Positions 48,113-56,832 of a stretch of DNA of 64,000 bases are shown here, piece after piece (the first letter of the stretch is position 1; each line of letters begins with the position of its first letter). The DNA is taken from the NCBI GenBank assembly GCA_028714455.1, contig JAQTMG010000001.1:64568-128567 (forward strand), in the 5' to 3' direction. The notes beneath the pieces were generated by a model, which saw only the letters and a list, made by a program, of their open reading frames with translations, was not told the origin of the DNA and did not search any database. Source of the stretch: Patescibacteria group bacterium. Its GTDB lineage: Bacteria > Patescibacteriota > Patescibacteriia > CAIXNZ01. Made by a program: the position numbers and the translations under genes.

Positions 48113-49976
48113 ATTTACCGAGCGATTTTTCACTGTCAATTACCGAAGAAATACTACCAATGCCGTTCAATTCATAACCGCCGCTCATACTTAAAATTTC
48201 AACATTATTTACTTTTGGCAGGTCATAAAAATTAATCTGGACTATCTGGCCAGTTTGCCAGCTGCTGGTCGGGTAAAAGCCATAGCCGAGAGCATAAATT
48301 TGGCCGTCAAGCTTGATTAAATAGTTTTCGCTGATTTGCTTCAGCGGTCGGAAATAAAGCGAGATAATATTGCCAGTTTGATTTGAGCCAAGAAATTCTA
48401 TCTGATCAGCCAGTTTTATATTCTGGCTGTTTTTTATTTCAGGCATTTTTTGGAAGATAGTATAAAGAGTTGGTTCCGCACCTTGGTAATTTCGTTGCCA
48501 GAGCGCCAGATTCCCGCTGACCATTTTCAAGTGATAATTTTTGTCTAGCAGCAGCTTTCTCATATTGGCCGCGCCCTGATAATAATATTCTTTGGCCGCT
48601 GTTTCATATTGCAAATGGAAACCGACAAAGTCATTAAAATTTAAAAGCAGATATTCAGTCTCGTTAGGCACAATGTAATCGCCGGCATTGTACTGCTGTT
48701 TTCCCAGAAAAACATAATTGAGTGAATATAATTTTTCTCTGGAGGAAAGATTGGAAATAAAATCATAATCAGTAATCAGCGAGGCTCCCGCCGGAATTTG
48801 TCTGACAAAATAATTTTTTTGCGCCACATCCTTGTAATTTATAGTGGCAATATCTGTAACTAAGGGAATAAGCGGGCCTAAAATCAAGAAATTATAAATA
48901 AGCGTTATGGCCAAGGCGATAAGAATTAGATCTTTGAATTTGTTATAGAAAATTAATGCCTTTTGGTTTTTTGACAATGATTCAAGTGAAAAAATCGTGG
49001 CGATTGAGAGAGCGAAAATAAAAGGCGTGGCGTAGTGCGTTCTCAAGATTGATTCGCCTGAAGCAAAGCCAAGAACTATTTCCATGAATTGGCCCAAGCA
49101 GAGGAGTAAGTATTTTGGGCGGTAAATCGGCAAAAAAATAAAAACCAGCAAAAAACCCAAAACCAATTCGACGTTGGCTAAGTTGACGACGTGCTGAAGC
49201 ACGAGCGGAAACTGGAGAAAAAAATTTTTGGCTATCTCCGGCAACGAAGTGCCCAGCCATTTGTAGTAGATTAAAAATTTATATTGAGATGAGGCGGAAA
49301 AAAACGAGACCATTTTTAGGGCGCCCAAAAAATATAAAGCTGAACCTATGGTCGCGGTTAAAATCCACTTCGGCTTTTTCTTATCAATGATGGCCACGAT
49401 GCCAAACATAAAAATCACAAAAGCCAGGTCTTCTCTGATCATCAGCGTTAAGATAGAAAGGATGATAAATGGCCAAAATTTATTTTCATCGTAAAAATAA
49501 AAGACCCAGAAAAGAAAAAACATGGCCAGGGCGAGCATGTGAAATTCAAAAAAATTAATATTCAGAGTCACCGGATTGAAGAGATATAAAATAATGGCCA
49601 GGAGCGCTGTCTGGGGCCGAAGATGCTTTTTACAAATTAAATAAAGCGGAATTGCTGAAAGCGCCAGGAATAATGATTGCATCAGTAACAAACTGATTGG
49701 CGATTTGTACAGAGAATATAGCGGCGCCAAAAATAAAATCATTATTTCAAAATGATCACCTAGATACAGAGTGGGATGAATCGTGAATTGAAATAATTTA
49801 CCGATTGAGGTATTGTAGAAAACCTGGTTGAAAATCGCCAAATCAAGGGCGTTATATTGATAGGTAAAGTATTTAAAGAGACAGGCGGAAAAGGTGAAAA
49901 TAAAATAAATAAAGACCAAAATCCAGGTAATTTTAGCCAATTTTTGCCAATTCAGAGTTTTAAAGTAATTAACCAT
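48099..49976 (-). CDS. DUF2079-like membrane protein (GT-C-like)
   Basis: DLAIFNQ.FYN...LGDHF...LLLMQS...FEFH...IRED motifs. Confidence 0.8.
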   Translation of the reverse strand: MVNYFKTLNWQKLAKITWILVFIYFIFTFSACLFKYFTYQYNALDLAIFNQVFYNTSIGKLFQFTIHPTLYLGDHFEIMILFLAPLYSLYKSPISLLLMQSLFLALSAIPLYLICKKHLRPQTALLAIILYLFNPVTLNINFFEFHMLALAMFFLFWVFYFYDENKFWPFIILSILTLMIREDLAFVIFMFGIVAIIDKKKPKWILTATIGSALYFLGALKMVSFFSASSQYKFLIYYKWLGTSLPEIAKNFFLQFPLVLQHVVNLANVELVLGFLLVFIFLPIYRPKYLLLCLGQFMEIVLGFASGESILRTHYATPFIFALSIATIFSLESLSKNQKALIFYNKFKDLILIALAITLIYNFLILGPLIPLVTDIATINYKDVAQKNYFVRQIPAGASLITDYDFISNLSSREKLYSLNYVFLGKQQYNAGDYIVPNETEYLLLNFNDFVGFHLQYETAAKEYYYQGAANMRKLLLDKNYHLKMVSGNLALWQRNYQGAEPTLYTIFQKMPEIKNSQNIKLADQIEFLGSNQTGNIISLYFRPLKQISENYLIKLDGQIYALGYGFYPTSSWQTGQIVQINFYDLPKVNNVEILSMSGGYELNGIGSISSVIDSEKSLGKFNLQ

Positions 49977-50117
49977 ATGCTTTCAGTTTAAGCCAAAAGC
50001 GGCGGAAAATAAAGATGACCATTGACAGAATTCATTAAATATGTTAGAATACTAGAATAGTTTGGTTCGTTTTATTGAAAAAATAATAACTCCAAAAAAC
50101 CCTAAAGGAGGGAAGAA

Positions 50118-50651
50118 ATGAAAAAGATTAGCGTGTTAATCGTCTTTGCGATGGTCACATTTTTTGTGGCCTCGTGCATGGAAGTCAAGCGACCCGGCCT
50201 CACGGCTCGAGTGATTGACCCCAGGGTCACCAAAACCCTGGCCGATCCCAAGGCCGATTACACCAACGGCGTGGCGCCGGCCATCGCCCAGATCTTGCCG
50301 AAGAACCCCAACGCGACAGTGATCATCTCTAAAAATGGAGACGTCACCTACATCGGGGACAACGGCAACGGCGGACAGCAGATGGGCATTTTCGAGAACC
50401 ACGCCAAACACGGCATCTTGGTGCGTGTCTACCGCGATGGGGAAGAAAAGCTTAGCTTTGAGGTCACACCTCGCGGCTACAAGCGGCTTTTTCTCCTGCC
50501 CGGGGAGTATGGCCTTAAGGTCATGGCGCCGGATCTGGTCACTATCTTGGCTGAAGGGGATTTCAGCGTCGACGCGATCGGAGCTGACAACTTCAGCGAG
50601 TACGCCAACATGCGGGTGGGTTTCATCCGCCAATATTATCCGGTCAGATAA
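50118..50651 (+). CDS. hypothetical lipoprotein
   Basis: Lipobox-like VASC, AAGGAGGG SD, TTGACA-17-TAGAAT promoter (50022-50050), terminator at ~50668-50703. Confidence 0.7.
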   Translation: MKKISVLIVFAMVTFFVASCMEVKRPGLTARVIDPRVTKTLADPKADYTNGVAPAIAQILPKNPNATVIISKNGDVTYIGDNGNGGQQMGIFENHAKHGILVRVYRDGEEKLSFEVTPRGYKRLFLLPGEYGLKVMAPDLVTILAEGDFSVDAIGADNFSEYANMRVGFIRQYYPVR

Positions 50652-50709
50652 AACTTCGTCGGATTCAAAAGAGAGGCAGCAGCCGTTGCCTCTCTCTTTT
50701 TTTATAATT

Positions 50710-51135
50710 TTAACTTCCACCCGTAACTGTTCCTGGCGGTGTTCCCCCGCCACCTCCGCCGCCGACCGATTCCGTTATCGAATTCAAAACAAATGAGGCT
50801 ATCGAATAAGCGGCAATCACGATGATTAATCCGATCACGGCGTACATGATAGTACTTTTTGCCTTTTTAGTTTTGTCTGCTTCTCCCTGGGAAGTCATGT
50901 AAATAAAGCCTCCATATAAAATCAGACCAACAAAAATGATGCCGAGAAGGGTTAGAATTGATTTAATTATCAGCGACGCAACCTGTTGAGGCGGCATATA
51001 TGTGCCACCATAAATTTTTTGGCCAAAGCTGTTGACGTTTTCGCTGATGTTTAGGGCTAGTGACGGTTGAGTTAACAGCAGACAAAAGCCGGTTAAGATA
51101 ATGGGGATGAGTAAGAATTTTAAATTTTTTTTCAT
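50710..51135 (-). CDS. CPR pilin (TrbC/VirB2-like)
   Basis: Signal peptide; LGII...ILYGGF.YMTS.G...K..KAK..I..AVIGL.I...AY.I. Confidence 0.85.
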   Translation of the reverse strand: MKKNLKFLLIPIILTGFCLLLTQPSLALNISENVNSFGQKIYGGTYMPPQQVASLIIKSILTLLGIIFVGLILYGGFIYMTSQGEADKTKKAKSTIMYAVIGLIIVIAAYSIASFVLNSITESVGGGGGGGTPPGTVTGGS

Positions 51136-51143
51136 AATAAATT

Positions 51144-51647
51144 TTATTTACAGCCGCAAAGATCGCCGGAACAGCAACTCTGCGAGCAACAGCTTGCGCT
51201 GCCCGATTTTCTGTATTGGCAGCACTCGCAGGAATTATAATCAAGCGAACCCGCGTTTTCACATTTCGGATTAAAAGCCGGTTTTCCGCCGGGCGTTTCA
51301 ACCTGGGTTACTATAAAATAAGTTATTGAATAACCGGAGACGATAATTATGATGCCGATGACAGCCGCGATTATCGCGTTTTTGCCTTTCTTTACCTTGT
51401 CTGGTTCACCTTGAGAAGTCATGTACAAAAATCCGCCGTAAATTAACAGCGCCACAAAGATGATGCCGACCAGTCCCAACACGGCCTGTATTATAATCGC
51501 CGCATACTGCTCAACCGAAACATCGGTGAATCCAGATTCTTGCGCCGTGTTGGCTAATCCTTGTCCGAATTGCGAGGCAAAAACCTGATTGACGAGCGGC
51601 AGGGAAAGGGCTAAGGAAATTAAGATAAAGTAAAATGTTTTTTTCAT
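51144..51647 (-). CDS. CPR pilin with cysteine-rich C-terminal tail
   Basis: Same pilin core; tail CENA...CECC...CCSQSCCSGDLCGCK. Confidence 0.85.
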   Translation of the reverse strand: MKKTFYFILISLALSLPLVNQVFASQFGQGLANTAQESGFTDVSVEQYAAIIIQAVLGLVGIIFVALLIYGGFLYMTSQGEPDKVKKGKNAIIAAVIGIIIIVSGYSITYFIVTQVETPGGKPAFNPKCENAGSLDYNSCECCQYRKSGSASCCSQSCCSGDLCGCK

Positions 51648-51650
51648 AGG

Positions 51651-52034
51651 TTATGGCTTTACCTCGAGGGCGGCCGCGATGAAATATGTTATAGAATAGG
51701 CCGCGACTATTATCAAAAGGCCGATTATGGCGCCGGAAATTATTTTCTTGGCCCCCTCGACCTGTTTTTCATTGCCGGCTGACGTCATCCATCTTATGCC
51801 GCTATAGATTATTAATACCAAAAATATTATGCCGACCAATCCCAACACGGCCTGAATAATGGTGGCGATAAATGAAACTAGATCCGATTGTTGCAATCCT
51901 GCCTGATTAGCCGTGGAATTAATAAATTCCGTGGAATTTCCTAATTGCAAAGTGGCAGATGCGGCTTGAGCAAAAAATAATATAGTCAGGCAAAGCGCCA
52001 ACGATATTATTAAAGGTTTAAAATTTTTAAACAT
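51651..52034 (-). CDS. CPR pilin (TrbC/VirB2-like)
   Basis: IYSGIRWMTSAGNEKQVEGAKKII..AIIGL. Confidence 0.85.
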   Translation of the reverse strand: MFKNFKPLIISLALCLTILFFAQAASATLQLGNSTEFINSTANQAGLQQSDLVSFIATIIQAVLGLVGIIFLVLIIYSGIRWMTSAGNEKQVEGAKKIISGAIIGLLIIVAAYSITYFIAAALEVKP

Positions 52035-52057
52035 ATAATTTTTTGTATCAACTAATT

Positions 52058-52483
52058 TTAACTTCCGCCGACTACTGTTCCTGGCGGAATGCCACCCGTA
52101 GGACCAGTTGATTGTTCTATGGCCGAGGTGACAAAAAAAGTAATCGCATAGGCACCGACTACGATGACTAACCCTATAACGGCATATTCTAGAATTTTTT
52201 TGGCTTGGCTAATCTTTTTTTCTTCGCCGCCACTTGTCATCCAGAGTACACCCCCATAAATAAATAAAACGACAAAAGCAACGCCCACTATTCCGAGAGC
52301 AACATTGATAATGCCCGCGACAATGGCGGCGGGATCACTTTGTTTAAGGCCGGTCTCTCCGGCTGTTTGCTGAAAAAATCCAGTTACATCCTTAAATGAA
52401 TAAGCAAGACAACTTTGAGAAAAAATTAAAAAACAAAAAACAGCAAGTGAAAAAATTACTATTGTGGTTGTTTTTTTGGACAT
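52058..52483 (-). CDS. CPR pilin (TrbC/VirB2-like)
   Basis: IYGGVLWMTSGGEEKKISQAKKIL.YAVIGL. Confidence 0.85.
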   Translation of the reverse strand: MSKKTTTIVIFSLAVFCFLIFSQSCLAYSFKDVTGFFQQTAGETGLKQSDPAAIVAGIINVALGIVGVAFVVLFIYGGVLWMTSGGEEKKISQAKKILEYAVIGLVIVVGAYAITFFVTSAIEQSTGPTGGIPPGTVVGGS

Positions 52484-52485
52484 AT

Positions 52486-52869
52486 TTATTTACCGGCACC
52501 CGAGATGGCCTGGAAAACCAAACTGGTAATCGCATAGGCGGCGCCTAACACTATCGCTCCAATGATGGCCCAGGTAATTATTTCCTTGCCTTTTTTCACC
52601 TGTTCTTCTTTACCGGCTGCGGTCATTATTCTGATTCCGCCGTAGATTATTAGAAATAGAAATAATGAACCGGCAATGGCCAGGGCTGCGCCAGCGATTT
52701 GCCCAAGAAATTGGGCGGCCGTGATATTAATATTCAAACCGGCCTGACCAGCCGTTTCATTTAGGCCGTAACTGTTATCAGCAGCAATCGCCGCGGTTAC
52801 TAAAATAATAGCAAATAATGAAAGTGTTATTAAAAATGGTAATATTTTTTTTAAATATTTTTTTTTCAT
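52486..52869 (-). CDS. CPR pilin (TrbC/VirB2-like)
   Basis: IYGGIRIMTAAGKEEQVKKGKEIITWAIIG. Confidence 0.85.
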   Translation of the reverse strand: MKKKYLKKILPFLITLSLFAIILVTAAIAADNSYGLNETAGQAGLNINITAAQFLGQIAGAALAIAGSLFLFLIIYGGIRIMTAAGKEEQVKKGKEIITWAIIGAIVLGAAYAITSLVFQAISGAGK

Positions 52870-52923
52870 AATTTTCGTATTATTTAAGGGTAGACAACCT
52901 GCCTACCCTTAAATAAATTTTAT

Positions 52924-53286
52924 TTACGTTGCGTTCAATATGCTTCCAACGACGAAGTTGGCTATGGCGTAAGCTGACAGTACAATCACTAAGCCGATAA
53001 CGCCTTGGAAAAGAAGTGATTTCGCGCTTTTTACAGCGTCCTCATTCCCCATGGCCGTCATCCATTTAAAGCCGCCGACTAAGATTATGACTATCGCGAT
53101 GATGCCCAAAAGTCCCATCATGACGTTGATAATGCTAGCGACAGTAGCTCTGATGTCTCTCGTGCCTAGGCCGATGGCGGTGGCATAAGAAATACCCACA
53201 TCAATGCTGACTGCGCCGGCGACTTGAGGCAATAAGATGAGGGCAAGCAGGCCCAAGAAGATAGCCGTTGTTATGCTCTTTTTCAT
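52924..53286 (-). CDS. CPR pilin (TrbC/VirB2-like), possible major pilin
   Basis: GLGTRDIR.TVASIINV.MGLLGIIA...GGFKWMTAMGNED.V..AK; ATG at 53286; hairpin downstream. Confidence 0.85.
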   Translation of the reverse strand: MKKSITTAIFLGLLALILLPQVAGAVSIDVGISYATAIGLGTRDIRATVASIINVMMGLLGIIAIVIILVGGFKWMTAMGNEDAVKSAKSLLFQGVIGLVIVLSAYAIANFVVGSILNAT

Positions 53287-53445
53287 GTTTTTAGTTCCTT
53301 TGATGCTTGGCAAGGCCAAGCAATGGATTATTAATAATTATATAATTCCGCGTTGGCGGGTAATTTTTTAAGTACAATTTATTTATTTCATTATAATATT
53401 TCTGCTAATAAAAGGCAAGATTTGTGTTTTTTACTTCAGCGTTTC

Positions 53446-54030
53446 CTAGTCGGAAGTTGAGTTTTGAATACAGCAGATTGGGGTGCCGCCAGAACAGTCA
53501 GTGAAAGATCCGTTTTGTTCTAAATAGCCCTCGTCGCAAGTAAAAGCGGCGCACTTATAGCCCTTGCCAAGGCTGGCTGCGTATAACTGGCAGGTGGTGG
53601 TATTTTGAGTTTGCGTGATTGGCGTTTCAGTGTTTGGCTTGACTCCTCCGGTGCCGCCGGTTATACCGCTGACAATAAAGCTGACAAAGACATAACTGCC
53701 AAAAATTACTATCAGCCCTATAATTGCCCAAGTTAAAACATCTTTGCCTTTTTTTACCATGTCTGGGTTGCCGTGTGAGGTTAGCATGTACATTCCCCCA
53801 TAAATAAACATTATAAAGGCGATGGAACCGACAATGCCCAGCAAAACCTTAACAGTGTTGCCGATAACTTGGGGCACTGTCAGGTTGGTGGAAACGGGAC
53901 TTATGTCGCTAATATCTATTGATTGTGAGCCAGAACTGCCTTGCGCCAGGCAATAGCTACAAGCCAATAAACAGCCTAACAATATCGTAAAAAGGAAAAA
54001 ACATTTGAGGCCTAGTTGTTTCGTTTTCAT
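53446..54030 (-). CDS. CPR pilin with cysteine-containing C-terminal domain
   Basis: IYGG.YMLTSHGNPDMVKKGK..L.WAIIGL; Cys-rich tail. Confidence 0.85.
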   Translation of the reverse strand: MKTKQLGLKCFFLFTILLGCLLACSYCLAQGSSGSQSIDISDISPVSTNLTVPQVIGNTVKVLLGIVGSIAFIMFIYGGMYMLTSHGNPDMVKKGKDVLTWAIIGLIVIFGSYVFVSFIVSGITGGTGGVKPNTETPITQTQNTTTCQLYAASLGKGYKCAAFTCDEGYLEQNGSFTDCSGGTPICCIQNSTSD

Positions 54031-54051
54031 ATGGTTATTTAATTATTTATG

Positions 54052-54477
54052 TTATTTAGTGGGAGCGGTACAGGTTAAATTCTTCGATATGTAGTCTCTC
54101 GCGTTTTGGATTTGCCCGCCAGTCGCGGCCAGGACCGCAAAATTTACGATCGTGTAGGCCAATATAACTATCGTTAACCCGATCACGGAGTTTACTAAAA
54201 TATTTTTTCCCTTAGAAACCATGGCTGGGTTGCCGTGAGAAGCGAGCATGTAGATACCTCCGTATACAAAATAGATGAAAATTATACTGCCGATGATGCC
54301 GATGACAAATCGGCCGATATTTATTACCGTCTGTATTATGTCGCAGAGCGAGCAATCTCCAGTGGACACGCAAGCTGGCAATAAAATCCCATTACTTTGA
54401 GCCAGTGCAAATTTAGCGCTTAATAAAAGTGCCGAGAGTGAGGCAAGCAGAACAATAATTATTTTTGTCTTTTTCAT
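54052..54477 (-). CDS. CPR pilin with N-terminal C..GDC.LCD motif
   Basis: PACVSTGDCSLCD; VYGG.YML.SHGNP.MV.KGK.IL.N.VIGL. Confidence 0.85.
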   Translation of the reverse strand: MKKTKIIIVLLASLSALLLSAKFALAQSNGILLPACVSTGDCSLCDIIQTVINIGRFVIGIIGSIIFIYFVYGGIYMLASHGNPAMVSKGKNILVNSVIGLTIVILAYTIVNFAVLAATGGQIQNARDYISKNLTCTAPTK

Positions 54478-54481
54478 AAGT

Positions 54482-55855
54482 CTAATAAGTTTGATTAATT
54501 TTTCCTACCCCCAGGTTAATTATTTGCTCGGTCGGCAGTGTTCCCGCGAGATTCTGGTTTATCATATCCTTAAAAATTTGTTCAGCCGCCTGTTCGTTTT
54601 TGCCCTTGTACCAGCTTTTGGCTGTCAGAATTTGGTTAACAAAAGGCGAGAGCTCCTGATCGTCAATTTGTGAACTTATCAAGCTTCTTAGGGCAGTGGG
54701 CAGATGAGCTCTACTTAAATATTGTTTGGTGTTATTTTCATTGGCCGCGATGTAGAGGATGAAATCCCAGGCTTCGTTTGGATGTTGGCTTTTTTTGGAA
54801 ACCGTGCTCACCCAGTAATTGGCAAAATTAAGCGGATTGCCGATTTGCGGTATGGGCGCGATCTGAAAATTTAATTTTGGCGCTTGGGTTTTTAGAGTGG
54901 GAATCTGGTAGGCGTAGCCGAAAAAGAAAGCGGTTTTGCCGTTTTCAAAACTCTGAAGCGATTCGCTCATCTTGCTGTTCCAGGTATAGGCTTGATTGGC
55001 TGGCGAAGCGAAGCTGGTATAAAAATTAAGCGCCTCGATGGCGGGCGAGCCTGATCTATTGAAGCCCGCGGGTACCTGGCTAAACGTCGCCAAACCGGCC
55101 TCGTTTATCATCGGCGCTCCGTCCTGCATCATAAGCAGGCTCAAGATGTCGGTTGAGCGTGTGACATTGTCGGCTGTGCCTATGGCGGCGCCGGCTTGGA
55201 TTATATTTCCCTTGGTGTCCTGTTTGGTCAGCTTGATCACGTCATTTCTTAATTCGTCCCAGGTTTTTGGCGGCGAGGAAATCCCAGCGTTGTTCAGCAG
55301 GTCTCGATTATAATACAGGGCCAGCGTGTCGATGCTTAGGGGTAGTCCGTAAATTTGGTCGCTAATTACCTGGTTATCATAAACAACGTCCGGATAAAGA
55401 TTTCTTATATCGAGCAGTGATAAAGTTTTTTCCGTTTTCATTTGCGTGTAGGTTTGTTTCTGGATGGTGCCGCTTTGCACTTCGGTAGGTATGGTTAGCG
55501 AAGCCGGCAAAGGGAGTATCTTAGCGGCGTAGCTGCCCATCCAGGTTGTCTGGATGGAAAAAATATCAGGGCCTCTGTCTTCTGCCAGGGCGTTTAGAAG
55601 TTCGTTTTCATATTCCTCGGCCGTAAAATTTTTGTAATTGATGGTGATGTGGGGATGTTGCTGTTGATAAGTAGCTAAAAGATCTTGCAGATTTGAACTG
55701 TCGTTAAAAACGCTCCAGTAGTTTAAAGTTATTGGCGTTGGTTTGCCTGGGGTTAAACCGGCTGGCGGTCCGCCGCACTGAAAACCACTTGTGATGATTA
55801 CCAGCGATAAAACGGCCAGGATAAATATTTTTTTGTTTTGGCAGAATTTTTTCAT
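54482..55855 (-). CDS. extracellular solute-binding protein (sugar ABC type)
   Basis: ITLNYWSVF, GPDIF, IYGLPLSIDTLALYYNRDL, PPKTWDEL, FENGKTA, AWDF. Confidence 0.9.
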   Translation of the reverse strand: MKKFCQNKKIFILAVLSLVIITSGFQCGGPPAGLTPGKPTPITLNYWSVFNDSSNLQDLLATYQQQHPHITINYKNFTAEEYENELLNALAEDRGPDIFSIQTTWMGSYAAKILPLPASLTIPTEVQSGTIQKQTYTQMKTEKTLSLLDIRNLYPDVVYDNQVISDQIYGLPLSIDTLALYYNRDLLNNAGISSPPKTWDELRNDVIKLTKQDTKGNIIQAGAAIGTADNVTRSTDILSLLMMQDGAPMINEAGLATFSQVPAGFNRSGSPAIEALNFYTSFASPANQAYTWNSKMSESLQSFENGKTAFFFGYAYQIPTLKTQAPKLNFQIAPIPQIGNPLNFANYWVSTVSKKSQHPNEAWDFILYIAANENNTKQYLSRAHLPTALRSLISSQIDDQELSPFVNQILTAKSWYKGKNEQAAEQIFKDMINQNLAGTLPTEQIINLGVGKINQTY

Positions 55856-55863
55856 ATTTTGAG

Positions 55864-56733
55864 CTAAATTTTTATGTTTTTTAAATAATTTCGAATCTCT
55901 TTGACTGTGTCGGCTCTTTTCAGGCCCAAATCAATGTTGGCTTGCAGCCAGCCGATTTTTGAGCCGGTGTCGTAGTAAGTTCCTTCAACTAGAGCGGCCA
56001 AAAGTCTTCTCTTTTTAGAAAGATTGCAGATCGCGTCGACCAGCCAGAGTTCGCCACCCTTGCCGATTTTAGTTTTTTCCAGCTCTTCAAAGATGTCGGG
56101 AGTCAGGATGTAGGCGCCGAGAGTACCGATGCGGCTCGGAGCTTTTTGCGGGCCTGGTTTTTCAACAATGCTTTTTATCTGAAAGACATTTTTTTCAATT
56201 TTTTCGCCGTCTATCACGCCGTATTTTTTGGTGCCCTCGTCGTCAATCTCAATGGCCGTCAGAACCGGATCCTCATATTTATTGAAGACATCAATAAGTT
56301 GCGAGAGCCGCGGTTTTTTTTCGTTTAAGAAAAGATCGTCGCCCCAGATCACGGCAAACGGCTCATCGCCTATTATTCTTTTGGCATTCAGAACCGGCGT
56401 GCCGTTTCCATATGGACCTTTTTGCCTGATGTATATGAAATTTGCCAGATCGGCTATTTTTTTGATTTCTGCCCGCAGATCTTCCTTGCCTTGCTTTTTT
56501 AGCCAATTCTGAAGTTCGTAATTATAGTCAAAGTGATCTTCGATCGCCCTCTTTGAAGCGCCGGTCACCAATATTATATCTTCAATGCCCGAGGCCACCG
56601 CTTCCTCGACGATGTATTGGATAACTGGCTTGTCGATGATTGGTAGCATCTCCTTGGGCATGGCTTTTGTCAGCGGCAGAAAGCGCGTGCCAAAGCCCGC
56701 CACCGGTATGATGGCTTTTTTTATTTTAAGCAT
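55864..56733 (-). CDS. galU: UTP--glucose-1-phosphate uridylyltransferase
   Basis: KAIIPVAGFGTRFLPLTKAMPKEMLPIIDKPVIQY, VEKP, GGELWLVDA, YDTG. Confidence 0.95.
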   Translation of the reverse strand: MLKIKKAIIPVAGFGTRFLPLTKAMPKEMLPIIDKPVIQYIVEEAVASGIEDIILVTGASKRAIEDHFDYNYELQNWLKKQGKEDLRAEIKKIADLANFIYIRQKGPYGNGTPVLNAKRIIGDEPFAVIWGDDLFLNEKKPRLSQLIDVFNKYEDPVLTAIEIDDEGTKKYGVIDGEKIEKNVFQIKSIVEKPGPQKAPSRIGTLGAYILTPDIFEELEKTKIGKGGELWLVDAICNLSKKRRLLAALVEGTYYDTGSKIGWLQANIDLGLKRADTVKEIRNYLKNIKI

Positions 56734-56799
56734 AACAAAGACAAAAAAGGTATGAATTTCTTTAAGTCCATAATATCATAATTATGGGCAGAATAAAAC

Positions 56800-56830
56800 A
56801 AAAACGTCCCGCGGCGCGGGACGTTTTTTA
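56800..56830 (-). terminator. bidirectional intrinsic terminator
   Basis: AAAAACGTCCCGC-ggc-GCGGGACGTTTTT. Confidence 0.7.
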
Positions 56831-56832
56831 TC

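Noticed and set aside
50136-50796. Alternative long ORFs over the lipoprotein gene
   Set aside because: Shadow frames caused by GC-rich codon usage; only 50118-50651 has an SD, promoter and signal peptide.
11742-54477. Conjugative element or ICE built from the VirB4-like ATPase and VirB2-like pilins
   Set aside because: The genes are ~38 kb apart among core genes, with no relaxase, integrase or att sites; both families are normal chromosomal genes in CPR.
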